Shown piece by piece: positions 52,281 to 64,000 of a DNA stretch of 64,000 bases. The first letter of the stretch is position 1. Every line of letters begins with the position of its first letter. Origin of the DNA: Candidatus Latescibacterota bacterium (GTDB lineage Bacteria; Latescibacterota; UBA2968; UBA8231); the NCBI GenBank assembly GCA_965206595.1, contig OZ242214.1:6400001-6464000 (forward strand). Reading direction: 5' to 3'. The notes beneath the pieces were generated by a model, which saw only the letters and a program-made list of their open reading frames with translations, did not search any database and was not told the origin of the DNA. The position numbers and the translations under genes are program-made.

Positions 52281-52355
52281 TCGGGTGTGGCTGTGATCGG
52301 TCACGCGATATCGATCGTACCATCCTTTTCCAAACCGCATCGAAAGGAGTCGCGA

Positions 52356-53588
52356 ATGCGGACCCTGTTCGTTCCTCTGGCACTGGCCGCGGCGATGGCG
52401 CCGGCCGCTGCCGCTGCCGAAACCCCGGACATCGCCACTCAGCTCTCCGGACTCGCGTCCCAGATCGACTGGTACTGGACCTGTGTAGCCGCCTTCCTCG
52501 TGTTCTTCATGCAGGCGGGATTCGCCCTCGTCGAGTCCGGGTTCACGCGCGCCAAGAACACCGTCAACATCCTGATGAAGAACCTGATGGACTTCTCCGT
52601 CGGGGCCATCGCCTTCTGGGCCGTCGGTTTCGGGCTGATGTTCAGCGCCACCACCGGGCTCTTCGGCTGGGGGGAGTTCTTCCCCAACCCCGACGTCAAC
52701 GCCTTCGGTGAAGATCCGAACTGGATGTACTCCTTTCTGATCTTCCAGACCGTGTTCGCGGCCACCGCGGCGACCATCGTTTCCGGCGCCATGGCGGAGC
52801 GCACCCGGTTCTCCTCCTATCTCATCTACAGCGTCGTCATCACCGGGATCATCTACCCGATCACCGGTTCCTGGGCCTGGGGCGGACTCTGGCACGGCGG
52901 CGGCTGGCTCGAGGGGCTGGGGTTCGTCGACTTCGCCGGCTCCACCGTCGTCCACAGCGTCGGCGGCTGGGCCGCCCTGGCAGGTGCCATCGTTCTCGGG
53001 GCGCGCAAGGGCAAGTTCAACCCCGACGGCAGCGCCAACGCCATCGTCGGCCACAGCATGCCGCTGGCCGCCATGGGGGTGTTCATCCTCTGGCTCGGCT
53101 GGTTCGGCTTCAACGCCGGCTGCTACACGATGACCCCGATCGGGGGGCTGCTGACCGGTTTCCTCGCGGGAATCCTGGTGGTCTTCTCCGTCCTCTTTTT
53201 CGACAGGATCAAGGTCGACGATCCGGTGGGCGCCATCTCCGTGCACGGGGTGTGCGGCGCCTGGGGCACCTTCGCCTGCGCCATTCCCCTCTTCTGCCGG
53301 CCCGGCGAGGCCGCCAGCGTCGCCACCCAGCTGACCGGCATCGGCGCCATCTTCCTCTTCACCTTCGTCGCCTCCCTCGCCCTGTTCTCGACGATCAAGG
53401 CGACCTTCGGCCTCAGGGTCTCTCCGGAGGACGAGGAGGAGGGCCTCGACCTCGCCGAGCACGGCATGAGCGCCTACCACGATCAGTCGCTCGACTCCCT
53501 GATCAAGGCGGCCGGAGCCGCCGAGGGCGGCAGGATCGTCATCGAGCCGGCACCGCGGGGTGCCGGCGTCAACCCCGAAACCACCTGA
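52356..53588 (+). CDS. amtB: Ammonium transporter with an apparent in-frame internal deletion near 53120
   Basis: FMQAGFALVESG, DFAGSTVVH, WFGFNAG, DDPVGAISVHG, EEEGLD; the segment normally between FNAG and ITAG is missing. Confidence 0.9.
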   Translation: MRTLFVPLALAAAMAPAAAAAETPDIATQLSGLASQIDWYWTCVAAFLVFFMQAGFALVESGFTRAKNTVNILMKNLMDFSVGAIAFWAVGFGLMFSATTGLFGWGEFFPNPDVNAFGEDPNWMYSFLIFQTVFAATAATIVSGAMAERTRFSSYLIYSVVITGIIYPITGSWAWGGLWHGGGWLEGLGFVDFAGSTVVHSVGGWAALAGAIVLGARKGKFNPDGSANAIVGHSMPLAAMGVFILWLGWFGFNAGCYTMTPIGGLLTGFLAGILVVFSVLFFDRIKVDDPVGAISVHGVCGAWGTFACAIPLFCRPGEAASVATQLTGIGAIFLFTFVASLALFSTIKATFGLRVSPEDEEEGLDLAEHGMSAYHDQSLDSLIKAAGAAEGGRIVIEPAPRGAGVNPETT

Positions 53589-53618
53589 AGGCCTCGGAGC
53601 CCGAAGGAAGGAGAGAGC

Positions 53619-53957
53619 ATGTACAAGATCGAAGCGTTCCTGCGTCCCAACGCCCTGGAGAAGGTCCAGGAGGGGCTCGCCGGAATCGGTATCGCGGGGA
53701 TGTCGGTGCTGGAGGTGCGGGGATTCGGCCGCCAGCGCGGCCACCGCGAGATCTACCGGGGAGCCGAATACGCCGTCGACTTCGTCTCCAAGATCAAGAT
53801 CGAGATCGTGGTCAGGGAGAACGAGCGCGACCAGGCGGTGTCGAAGATCGCCGAGGCCGCCCAGACCGGAAACGTCGGCGACGGCAAGGTGTTCGTCGTG
53901 CCGGTCGACCAAGCCGTGCGCATCCGCACCGGGGAGACCGGGGACAGCGCCCTGTAG
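53619..53957 (+). CDS. glnK: PII nitrogen regulatory protein
   Basis: 112 aa, GFGRQRG, YRGAEY T-loop, TGNVGDGKVFV, IRTGE; adjacent to amtB. Confidence 0.93.
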   Translation: MYKIEAFLRPNALEKVQEGLAGIGIAGMSVLEVRGFGRQRGHREIYRGAEYAVDFVSKIKIEIVVRENERDQAVSKIAEAAQTGNVGDGKVFVVPVDQAVRIRTGETGDSAL

Positions 53958-54160
53958 GTCGCGACCAGGAGCCGGAGACCGCCGCCGCCGCCCGCCAGAA
54001 TCCACCTCCCGTGGGTACTCAAGGGTGCAGTACCAGGGTGGCGGCGGCGCTCCTTTACCAAAGCTCCTATCTATAAACGGAATTAAACCTTTTCATTAAG
54101 CACCAATCCCTTGAGCCCGGCACCTGCAAGGGGTGTCATACACCAAACAGGAGGAGAAAG

Positions 54161-54811
54161 ATGGCAAGGAGGATTCTCACAGCAGTCTTTGCAACCGCGC
54201 TGGCCGCGGCCGTTTCCGGGCCGGCGCATGCCGGCTTCGGAGTCGGCGCCGACGCGGCGTCGCGCTACATCTGGCGCGGCCTCAGCCTCGACGACAGCTT
54301 CGTCATACAGCCGTACCTGTCGTACGCGACCGAGGCCGGCATCGAGATCGGGGCCTGGTCGTCCTGGTCGCTGACCTCGAGCGGCGCCAACGAGAACGAC
54401 CTGTATGTCAGCTACTCGACGGGGCCGGTCTCGATCGCCCTGACCGACTACTACTTCCCCAACGGGGAGGGAACGGAGTTCTTCGACTACAGCGACGACG
54501 CGGCGATTCACCAGCTCGAGGCCATGGTTTCCTTCGCCAGCGGACCGCTGAGCCTGACCGGCGCCCTGATCTTCCTCGGGGCCGCGGGCACGACCCCGGT
54601 CTACGCCGAGGTCGGCTACGAGTTCATGTCGGGGGACGACGTCTCCGCCGGCCTGTTCGCCGCCCTGGGCACCGAGTCGTACTACACCAGCTCCGGTGAC
54701 CCGGCGCTCATCAACGTCGGCATCGGCGTGTCGATGGGGGACTACTCCGCCCAGTACATCCTGAACCCCGATACCGAGCAGTCCTACCTGGTGTTGATGA
54801 AGGGCCTGTAG
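54161..54811 (+). CDS. Small outer-membrane beta-barrel / putative porin
   Basis: Signal peptide (AHA), ASRYIWRG..IQP, ENDLYVSY, TDYYFP, alternating beta-strand pattern. Confidence 0.7.
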   Translation: MARRILTAVFATALAAAVSGPAHAGFGVGADAASRYIWRGLSLDDSFVIQPYLSYATEAGIEIGAWSSWSLTSSGANENDLYVSYSTGPVSIALTDYYFPNGEGTEFFDYSDDAAIHQLEAMVSFASGPLSLTGALIFLGAAGTTPVYAEVGYEFMSGDDVSAGLFAALGTESYYTSSGDPALINVGIGVSMGDYSAQYILNPDTEQSYLVLMKGL

Positions 54812-55045
54812 CAACCGCGACAGCGGACAGGCCGCGCGACCGCCCGCAACGGCGGTGTCCAGGGAAGCCCCGGGGGCCGGTTGCCCCGGGGCTTCTCGCA
54901 TGAGGCGCCTTCCGGAATCGGCTGTTGCCCCCGTTTGATGCAGGTTTGGCGCCCTCTATATTCACGGGCTGTTTTTAACCGGCCGGATTCGCGATTCCAG
55001 CACTGCGGACTGCTCACGCACCCTTTACTCCACGGAGGAACACCA

Positions 55046-56536
55046 ATGGCAATAGCCAAACCGAAAACCAAAGCTTCGCCGAAGTCGAAAGCGAAAGCGA
55101 AAGCCAAGGCGGCCCCGGCCGCCACCGCGAGGTCGGTCGTCGCCAACGCCAAGGCACAGGGCGTGCAGATGATCGACTTCAAGTTCGTCGACTTCCCCGG
55201 CACCTGGCAGCACTTCTCGATTCCCGCCTCGAAGCTGGAAGAGGATATGTTCAGCGAGGGCCTCGGGTTCGACGGTTCCAGCATTCGCGGCTGGAAGTCG
55301 ATCGACGAGAGCGACATGCTCGTCATGCCCGATCCGACCACCGCCTTCCGCGACCCCTTCTGCGAAATCCCGACCCTGTCGATCATCTGCGATATCGTCG
55401 ACCCGATCACGCGCGAGGACTACGGCCGCGACCCCCGCAACGTCGCCAAGCGGGCCGAGGCCTTCCTGAAGTCAACCGGCATCGCCGACACCGCGTACTT
55501 CGGGCCGGAAGCGGAGTTCTTCATCTTCGACAGCATCCAGTACGACCAGAACGCGCACTCCTCCTTCCACTTCATCGACTCCGTCGAGGGGCGCTGGAAC
55601 TCCGGCGCCGACGAGCAGCCGAACCTCGGGTACAAGCCGCCGTACAAAGGGGGCTATTTTCCGGTACCCCCTCACGACTCGCAGCAGGACCTGCGCTCGG
55701 AGATGGTGCTGACGATGATGGAAGCCGGCGTCGACGTCGAGGTCCACCACCACGAGGTCGGCACCGCCGGACAGGGTGAGATCGACATCCGCTTCTGCCC
55801 GCTGGTCAGCTGCGGCGACCAGATGATGATCTACAAGTACGTCATCAAGAACGTCGCAAAAAAGCACGGCAAGACGGCGACCTTCATGCCCAAGCCGCTG
55901 TTCGAGGACAACGGCACCGGCATGCACACCCACCAGAGCCTGTGGAAGGGGGGCCGGCCGCTGTTCGCCGGCAACGGCTACGCCGGCCTCAGCGAGATGG
56001 CCCTGCACTACATCGGCGGCCTGCTCAAGCACGCCCGCTCCATTCTCGCCTTCACCAACCCGACCACCAACTCGTACCGCCGCCTGGTTCCCGGGTACGA
56101 AGCGCCGGTGAACCTCGCCTACTCGCAGCGCAACCGCAGCGCCGCCTGCCGCATCCCGATGTACTCGGCCAGCCCCAAGGCCAAGCGGGTCGAGTTCCGC
56201 TGCCCCGACCCCAGCTGCAACCTCTACCTCGGCATGTCCGCCATGCTGATGGCCGGTCTCGACGGGGTGCTCAACAAGATCGATCCGGGCGACCCGATGG
56301 ACACCGACATCTACGAGCTCTCCGCGGAGGAGCGTGCCTCGGTGCCCCTGACCCCGGCGTCGCTCGAGGAAGCCATGGACGCCCTCGAGGAGGATCACGA
56401 GTACCTGCTCAAGGGGGACGTGTTCACCGAGGACGTGATCCAGGCCTGGATCGACTACAAGCGGAAAGAGGAGATCGACGCCATACGGGTGCGCCCGCAT
56501 CCGTACGAGTTCGCCCTCTACTACGACATGGTGTAG
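55046..56536 (+). CDS. glnA: Type I glutamine synthetase
   Basis: [43 protein letters not shown], adenylylation-loop DIYEL; RBS GGAGG. Confidence 0.98.
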   Translation: MAIAKPKTKASPKSKAKAKAKAAPAATARSVVANAKAQGVQMIDFKFVDFPGTWQHFSIPASKLEEDMFSEGLGFDGSSIRGWKSIDESDMLVMPDPTTAFRDPFCEIPTLSIICDIVDPITREDYGRDPRNVAKRAEAFLKSTGIADTAYFGPEAEFFIFDSIQYDQNAHSSFHFIDSVEGRWNSGADEQPNLGYKPPYKGGYFPVPPHDSQQDLRSEMVLTMMEAGVDVEVHHHEVGTAGQGEIDIRFCPLVSCGDQMMIYKYVIKNVAKKHGKTATFMPKPLFEDNGTGMHTHQSLWKGGRPLFAGNGYAGLSEMALHYIGGLLKHARSILAFTNPTTNSYRRLVPGYEAPVNLAYSQRNRSAACRIPMYSASPKAKRVEFRCPDPSCNLYLGMSAMLMAGLDGVLNKIDPGDPMDTDIYELSAEERASVPLTPASLEEAMDALEEDHEYLLKGDVFTEDVIQAWIDYKRKEEIDAIRVRPHPYEFALYYDMV

Positions 56537-56593
56537 GTCTGCAAGGCGACTCTCCGGCCGGCGTCGAAGCAGGGCGCCGGCCGCCTCGGAAGA

Positions 56594-56631
56594 AGGCAGG
56601 CCGTCCCGGCGACGGCCTGCCTCTTTTTTTT
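56594..56631 (+). terminator. Intrinsic terminator after glnA
   Basis: AGGCAGGCCGTC-ccggc-GACGGCCTGCCT then C and T8. Confidence 0.88.
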
Positions 56632-56654
56632 CCTGCCACGGAAGCCCTCGCGCC

Positions 56655-57551
56655 GTGACCCCCGAACCCGGACCCCCTGTCGGAGCGCATTCCCTCGTGG
56701 CCGTGGAGCGCTGCGGCGGCGTCTCGAGACTGACCCGCTGCCGCTCCGTCGCCCCGCTCAAGCTTCTCAACCCGCGCGCCGCGGAAGGGTACTGCCCGGT
56801 GATCCTCTCCTCCTACGGCGGCGGCTTGGTCGAGGGGGATGCCGTCGACCTCGAGGTGCGCTGCGGACCGCGGGCGGACCTGTTCCTCGGCACCCAGGCC
56901 CTGGGCAAGGTGTACAGGTGCCCGGCGGGCACCGGCTGCCGCCAGGAGCTGCGCGGCGCCGTCGCCGACGGCGCAACCGCGGTGGTCATGCCGGATCCGG
57001 TGGTGCCTTTCGCCGGCAGCATCTACCGCCAGCGGCAGCACTGGAGCCTTGAGGGGGATGCCGTGCTCCTGCTCGTGGACGGCCACACCGCCGGCAGGGC
57101 CCTGCGCGGCGAGCGCTTCGCCTACCGCGAGTACCGCTCGGACATCGACGTCCTCGTCGACGGGCGGGCCGTCCTCCTGGAGCGCTATTGCTCGCGGCCC
57201 GACGAGCTGCCCCCCGACTCGGCCGGGGCCTTCGGCCGCGGCACCGCCCTCCTCAACGCCTGCGCCGTCGGCCGCGCCGACAGCCGCCGTTTCCGCTCCC
57301 TGACAGAGCGGCTGGAAGAGAGCATCCGCCCTGCCGCCGCGGCCGGCCCCGCGGCGCCGGGGGAGGCCGGCTGTCTCGTCGCCCACTCCCGGCCGCGCGG
57401 GGAGGTCTGGGTGCTGCGGGCCCTGGCGGACCGGTGCGAGTCCCTCGATCCCCTGCGCCGGCTCCTCGGGGAAGCGGCCGGCATCCTGCTCGGAGGCAAG
57501 CCGGTCGAAAGACTGTTCGGCCGGCCTCCCTCCTGCCCTGGACGACAATAA
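56655..57551 (+). CDS. ureD: Urease accessory protein UreD/UreH
   Basis: [46 protein letters not shown]. Confidence 0.88.
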   Translation: MTPEPGPPVGAHSLVAVERCGGVSRLTRCRSVAPLKLLNPRAAEGYCPVILSSYGGGLVEGDAVDLEVRCGPRADLFLGTQALGKVYRCPAGTGCRQELRGAVADGATAVVMPDPVVPFAGSIYRQRQHWSLEGDAVLLLVDGHTAGRALRGERFAYREYRSDIDVLVDGRAVLLERYCSRPDELPPDSAGAFGRGTALLNACAVGRADSRRFRSLTERLEESIRPAAAAGPAAPGEAGCLVAHSRPRGEVWVLRALADRCESLDPLRRLLGEAAGILLGGKPVERLFGRPPSCPGRQ

Positions 57552-57585
57552 TGTCCTTACGAGGATTTCTGACTACAGAAATGTC
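57544..57585. promoter_or_regulatory. Paired upstream activator boxes for the ABC/urease operon
   Basis: GACAATAATGTC (57544-55) and TACAGAAATGTC (57574-85), 30 bp apart. Confidence 0.65.
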
Positions 57586-57719
57586 CGCTCACCGCACCGA
57601 CTGCCGTTCCCCCCGGTAGACTTCGGCGCCCACCGAAAAAATCACCTCGGGCACAACCCTATACCGGACAAACAGTTGCGCCGGCTGCTCCGACCGCTTC
57701 CGGAAGCGGGTCCGCAGCC

Positions 57720-57734
57720 TGGCCCCGGATTGCA
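57720..57734 (+). promoter_or_regulatory. Imperfect sigma54-like box (one base short)
   Basis: TGGCCCCGGATTGCA has GG-N9-GC instead of N10. Confidence 0.3.
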
Positions 57735-57798
57735 GACCGTCCCACGTTCCCAACAACACGCCTGTTCCGCGCTGCGGATTCAACCCAAGGAGGATTTC

Positions 57799-58600
57799 AT
57801 GGCACGCACCCGGCTCTGGCGGACAGCACTGCTGACCGCCGGCTTCATCGTCACCACGGCCGCCACCGGCCTCGACGCCAAGCTCAAGATCGGCTACAGC
57901 GACTGGCCCGGCTGGGTCGCCTGGGAGATCGGCATCCAGAAGGGCTGGTTCGCCGAAGCGGGGGTCGACGCGGAGTTCATCTGGTTCGAGTACGTCCCCT
58001 CGATGGACGCCTTCGCCGCCGGCCAGATCGACGCGGTGGCAATGACCAACGGGGACGCCATGGTCACCGGTTCGGCCGGCAAGGCCTGCAAGGGGATCAT
58101 CCTCAACGACTACAGCAACGGCAACGACATGGTCGTAGCGCGGCCGGGAATCGGCACGGTGGCGGAGCTAAAGGGAATGAAGGTCGGCGTCGAACTCGGC
58201 TTCGTCTCCCACCTGCTGCTGCTGACGGCGCTCGAAGCCAACGGCATGCAGGAAAGCGACGTCGAGCTGATGAACATTCCGACCCACGAGACCCCGCAGG
58301 CCCTCGCCTCCAAGGGGGTCGACGCCATCGTCGCCTGGCAGCCCAACTCGGGACAGGCCCTCAACCTGGTCGCCGGCTCGAAGCCGGTCTTCACCAGCGC
58401 TGACGCCCCTGGCATCATCTACGATCTGCTCTACGTCAGCAGCGAGAGCCTGGCGGCAAACCGCGACGACTGGATGAAGGTGGTCGAAGTCTGGTACCGG
58501 ATCGTCGACTACCTCGCCGACGAGTCGAACCGCGAGGAAGCCCTGGGGATCATGGGCGCCCGGGTCGGCCTCACCCCGGAGCAGTACGCCCCCTTCCTAC
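57799..58600 (+). CDS. ABC transporter substrate-binding protein (SsuA/THI5-like, putative urea type), C-terminus apparently lost
   Basis: Signal peptide, [37 protein letters not shown]; family-like sequence ends at YAPFL and the frame runs on without a proper stop. Confidence 0.8.
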
Positions 58601-58609
58601 GGCCCGGGA

Positions 58610-59521
58610 GTGGTGGCGAGGATCTTCGATACCGAAAGCCTGGAGAAGCTCCTCGACCGCTTCGGCATCCGCGGCGACCCGGTCTTCGTCAAGGTGACCT
58701 GGCACGGGTACGCCCCCGGCACCTACACCGACCCGGTGGCCCTCGACCAGCTTCTGACCGCCCTCGACGGCCGCGCCGTCCTTCTCGAGGGGCACAGCGC
58801 CGGCCGCAACGACGGCTCCGACCCCGGGGTCGAGTGGCCGGACGGCCGCCGCCACCGGCGCTGGATACGGGAGCAGGAGGCGGAGTACCTGCGCCGCACC
58901 GGGCTCCAGGAGGTGATCGACCGCCACGGCGCCCACTACCTCAACGTCACCGAGGCGTTCTGGGACGGACAGTGCGCCGGCGCCAGCGAGGTGGGCGGCC
59001 TGCTGCGCGCCGCCGGGGTCGAGCTCGCCCACCCGGAGCTCGCCGGTTTCGTGCCCCGCCTGCTGCTCGACTACCGCGGCGCTCCCCTGCTTTCGTTCGC
59101 CCGCTTCAAGGGGGCCACGCGGCTGAGCATCTCCAACCTGTTCGGGTTGATCCCGGCGCCGCTGCGCAGCGACTGGCACGGCCCCGATCCGGCCTGCTTC
59201 GCCTCGGTGTGCTGCGACCTCGCCAGGATGTACGGCGCCCTGTTCGACTGCTTCGGGCTGGCCGAATCGCTCAACGTCGCCGTCCGCTGGGGCCGCACCG
59301 GGCTCTACCGCAGCCGCTGGGGCAACTACGACCTCCTCCCCCGCCCCGGCGTCGTCACCCTGAGCTCCGGGCTGGTCGCCGCCGACGTGCTGGCGAGCCG
59401 GCTCCAGGGTCACGACGTCCGCAGGAGCCTCTTCTTCGACGTCGTCGGCCGCCGTCTAGGCCTGCCTCCCGGATGTGCCGAGGCTCCGCTCGACGGCGAG
59501 CTGAAAAGGCTGTTCGCCTGA
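58610..59521 (+). CDS. Uncharacterised protein, weakly DUF362-like
   Basis: GC3-rich ORF; VFVKVTW...[34 protein letters not shown] resemble the DUF362 layout. Confidence 0.6.
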   Translation: MVARIFDTESLEKLLDRFGIRGDPVFVKVTWHGYAPGTYTDPVALDQLLTALDGRAVLLEGHSAGRNDGSDPGVEWPDGRRHRRWIREQEAEYLRRTGLQEVIDRHGAHYLNVTEAFWDGQCAGASEVGGLLRAAGVELAHPELAGFVPRLLLDYRGAPLLSFARFKGATRLSISNLFGLIPAPLRSDWHGPDPACFASVCCDLARMYGALFDCFGLAESLNVAVRWGRTGLYRSRWGNYDLLPRPGVVTLSSGLVAADVLASRLQGHDVRRSLFFDVVGRRLGLPPGCAEAPLDGELKRLFA

Positions 59522-59528
59522 ACCTGCC

Positions 59529-60503
59529 ATGGAACCCCGCGGCCACTGGCTCGCCGTCGGAAAGCAGCTTGCCCCGCGGCGGCGCCTCGGACTGGGGATG
59601 CTGTCGTTCCTGCTCCCGCTGTCGCTGTGGGGGGCGGTCAGCTACGTGCCCTGGGTGTGGGGGCCGCAGGTCAAGGTCATCGACCCCGGGGAGGTCGGCT
59701 ACTTCGAAACCGGCATGCGCGTCGACCGCGAGCTGTTCGCCCGCGAGAACGCGGCCGTGGGCGAGCAGGGAAAGGCGGAAGCCACCGGGCGGCGCTGCAA
59801 TCCGGTGTACCTGCCGGCTCCCCACGAGGTCGCCGCGGCCTTCGTCACCGCTTTCACGACGCCGCCGGTCAGGCGCGGCGGGCCCTGGCTCCACGAGAGC
59901 ATCGCCCACAGCATCCGCGTCATCTTCTACGGGTTCGTGCTGTCGGCCTTCATCGGCGTGCCCCTGGGGATCCTGTGCGGCACCTTCCACTTCTTCGCCC
60001 GCCTCACCGAGCCGTTCGTCGACTTCATCCGCTACATGCCGGCGCCGGCCTTCGGCGCCCTCGTCGTCGCCTTCGTCGGCATCAACGGACGCCTCCAAGG
60101 TCGCCATCATCTTCATCGGCACCTTCTTCCAGATGGTGCTCGTCGTCGGCAACACCACCCGCCTGCTCGAGACCTCCCTGATCGAGGCGGCGCAGACCCT
60201 GGGGGCGCGGCGCAAGCAGCTGATCCTGCACGTGATCGTCCCCGGGATCCTGCCCAACCTCTTCCGCGACCTGCGCATCCTGCTCGGGTGGGCCTGGACC
60301 TACCTGATCGTCGCCGAGCTGATCGGGGCCAGCTCCGGGATCAGCTACTTCATCAACCAGCAGGCTAAGTACCGGAACTACGACAACGTCTTCGCCGCCA
60401 TCGTCATGATCGGCATCATCGGGCTGACCACCGACCAGATCCTCGGGCTCATCGAGCGCTTCCTGTTTCCCTGGGAACGCGGCAGCCGCGGGCTGTCTTC
60501 CTC

Positions 60504-60507
<4 letters not shown>
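59529..60507 (+). CDS. ABC transporter permease, frameshifted near 60088
   Basis: [15 protein letters not shown] in one frame; [29 protein letters not shown] in the next; ATC AAC GGAC GCC has one extra G. Confidence 0.85.
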
Positions 60508-61404
<897 letters not shown>

Positions 61405-61410
61405 TAGCGC

Positions 61411-62161
61411 ATGCGACTGTCACCTAGGGAGATCGACAAGCTCGTCCTTCACGGGGCCGGCTTCGTCAGCCAGAAGCGCTACGCCCGGGGGCTGCGGCTC
61501 AACTACCCGGAGGCGGTTGCCCTGATCGCCACGCAGCTACTCGAGTTCATCCGCGACGGCGGCAGCGTCGCCGACCTGATGGACCGGGGCAAACGGCTGC
61601 TCGGCACCGCCGACGTCCTGCCCGGGGTGCCTGAGATGGTCGGCGAGGTGCAAGTCGAGGGGACTTTCCCGGACGGCACCAAGCTGGTGACCGTGCACGA
61701 CCCGATCTGCAGCGAGCGCGGCGACCCGCAGCTCGCCCTCCACGGGTCGGGCCTGGAACGCACCTCCACGGCCCCCTGGTCGCCGGACAACTCCACCGGC
61801 GCGGCGCCGGGAGAGGTGTCACCCGCCGCCGGGGAGATCGAGATCAACAGCGGCAGGGAGACGGTCCGGCTCGAGGTCGCCAACCTCGGGGACCGGCCGG
61901 TCCAGGTCGGGTCCCACTACCCCTTTTTCGAGACCAACCCGCAGTTGAGCTTCGACCGCGAGCGCGCCTTCGGCTTCCGCCTCGACATCCCCAGCGGCAC
62001 CGCGGTCCGCTTCGAGCCGGGAGAGCTCAAGACCGTCGCCCTCGTCGCCCTCGACGGGCGCCGCCGGGTGTTCGGCGGCAACGGCCTCACCAACGGCGAG
62101 GCCAGCGACGAGCGGCGGGGACCGGCCCTTGCCCGGGCGCGCTCGCGCGCCCGCCACCTGA
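61411..62161 (+). CDS. ureAB: Fused urease gamma-beta subunit
   Basis: [34 protein letters not shown], then [26 protein letters not shown]; the in-frame stop is at 62277, the likely true stop near 62161 is out of frame. Confidence 0.9.
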
Positions 62162-62180
62162 CACCCTGGAGAACGACCGC

Positions 62181-63894
62181 ATGGCACGAACACTGGACCG
62201 GCGCGCCTACACCGACATGTACGGACCGACCACCGGGGACCGGGTCCGCCTCGGCGACACCGCGCTCGAGGTGGTAGTCGAAGAGGACGCCACCCTTTAC
62301 GGCGAGGAGTGCAAGTTCGGCGGCGGCAAGGTGCTGCGCGACGGCATGGGGCAGGCCGCCGGGGCGACCGGGGAGGAAGCCCTCGACCTGCTGATCACCA
62401 ACGCCCTCGTCATCGACCACGGCGGCATCCGCAAGGCGGACGTCGGCATCAAGGGGGGCCGCATCCTCGGGGTCGGCAAGGCCGGCAACCCCGATATCAT
62501 GCCGGCCGTCGATGCCGGGATGGTCGCCGGGGTGACCACGGAGGTGATCGCCGGCGAGGGGCTGATCCTGACCGCGGGGGCGCTCGACGTCCACGTCCAT
62601 TTCATCTGCCCGCAGCAGGTGGAGGAAGCGGTCGCCTCCGGGATCACGACGATGATCGGCGGCGGCACCGGTCCGGCCACCGGCACCAACGCCACCACCT
62701 GCACCCCGGGGGCCTTCCACCTCGAGACCATGCTCAGGGCGAGCGACGCCTGGCCGTTGAACTTCGGCTTCCTCGGCAAGGGAAACTCCTCCTTCCCGGA
62801 GGGGCTGCGCGAACAGGTCCGGGCCGGGGCCTGCGGTCTCAAGCTGCACGAGGACTGGGGCACCACCCCCGCGGCCATCGACACCTGCCTCTCCGTGGCC
62901 GAGGAGGAGGACGTCCAGGTCGCCATCCACACCGACACCCTCAACGAGTCCGGCTTCGTCGAGCAGTCGCGGCAGGCGTTCAAGGGCCGCACCATCCACA
63001 CCTACCACACGGAAGGGGCCGGGGGCGGGCACGCCCCGGACATCATACGGCTGTGCGGAGAGGCGAACGTGCTCCCCTCCTCGACCAATCCGACGCGGCC
63101 CTTCACGGTCAACACCATCGACGAGCACCTCGACATGCTGATGGTCTGCCACCACCTCGACAGGAACATCCCCGAGGACGTCGCCTTCGCCGAAAGCCGC
63201 ATCCGCAAAGAGACCATCGCCGCCGAGGACATCCTCCACGACATCGGGGCGTTCTCCATCATCGCCTCGGACAGCCAGGCCATGGGACGGGTAGGCGAGG
63301 TCGTCTGCCGGACCTGGCTAGACCGCCCACAAGATGAAGCTGCAGCGCGGCCCCCTTGCCGGGGACCGGGGGACCGGCGCCGACAACCTCAGGGTGAGAC
63401 GCTACATCGCCAAGTACACCATCAACCCGGCGATCGCCCACGGCGTCAGCCGCCACGTCGGCTCGGTCGAGGCGGGCAAGCTCGCCGACCTCGTGCTCCG
63501 GAAGCCGGCCTGCTTCGGGTCGCGGCCGGAAATAGTCGTCAAGGGCGGGGTCATCGCCTGGTCCCAGATGGGGGATGCCAACGCCTCGATCCCGACCCCC
63601 GAGCCGGTCCTTCCCAGGCCGATGTTCGGCGCCTTCGGCAACGCCATAGGTCGGACGTCCCTGAGCTTCGTCTCGCGGAACGGAGCCGAGGCCGCCGCCG
63701 GGTACAGGCTTGCAAAGGAGGTCGCCCCGGTCGAGTCCTGCCGGGGGCTGGAGAAGAGGGACATGATCCTCAACGACCTCACCCCGGAGATCGAGGTCGA
63801 CCCGGAGACCTACGAGGTGCGCGCCGACGGAGAGGTGCTGACCTGCGAGCCCGCGGCCAAGCTGCCCCTCGCCCAGCTCTACAACCTCTTCTGA
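62181..63894 (+). CDS. ureC: Urease alpha subunit, frameshifted at ~63319
   Basis: [48 protein letters not shown]; TGG CTAG ACC has an extra T relative to W-Q-T; continues [10 protein letters not shown]...LAQLYNLF. Confidence 0.95.
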
Positions 63895-64000
63895 GCGGCA
63901 GCCGGTCCTGTTGGACGTGCAGAAAGCCCCGGGGCAAAGATGGAAACCGGTTGATGAAGGGCCAGACTCCATGAGAACGGACTCCACCATCGAGACGGGC

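Noticed and set aside
57556-57798. Guanidine-I (ykkC) riboswitch ahead of the ABC transporter
   Set aside because: Expected from the SBP type, but I could not find the conserved CUAGGGUUCCG and GGGAUAAAAGCCCGGGAG-like blocks.
63300-63340. Programmed frameshift or stop read-through in ureC
   Set aside because: No slippery sequence; a single extra T explains it and similar indels cluster nearby.

Overview
High-GC bacterial chromosomal window with no phage, IS transposase or CRISPR array visible. Lineage cannot be fixed from sequence alone; gene content would fit a diderm Latescibacterota/Gemmatimonadota-like organism (a guess). Left part: housekeeping and envelope genes (mtnA, rsfS, secG, tpiA, pgk, a broken pfk, tRNA-Leu, tRNA-Met, M16/M23 peptidases, nucleotide-sugar enzymes, TolC, DksA, Mrp, RsmF) and a large six-repeat Ig-like surface protein. 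Middle: a futalosine menaquinone operon with a sugar-acid dehydratase embedded in it. Right: a sigma54 two-component system next to a PTS-IIA/sigma70 operon, then a nitrogen-scavenging island (GAF-AAA+ sigma54 activator, amtB, PII, putative porin, glnA, ureD, ABC transporter, ureAB, ureC). Strongest unannotated signals: (1) a sigma54 regulon defined by a KACA-N4-TGTM box found five times, as two 30-bp-spaced pairs upstream of amtB and the ABC/urease operon and once over the activator's own promoter; (2) an orphan consensus sigma54 promoter preceding a ~105-nt structured, U-terminated, CUCC-loop candidate sRNA at ~36806-36912. Several genes carry 1-nt indels or internal deletions, which may be assembly errors or real decay.
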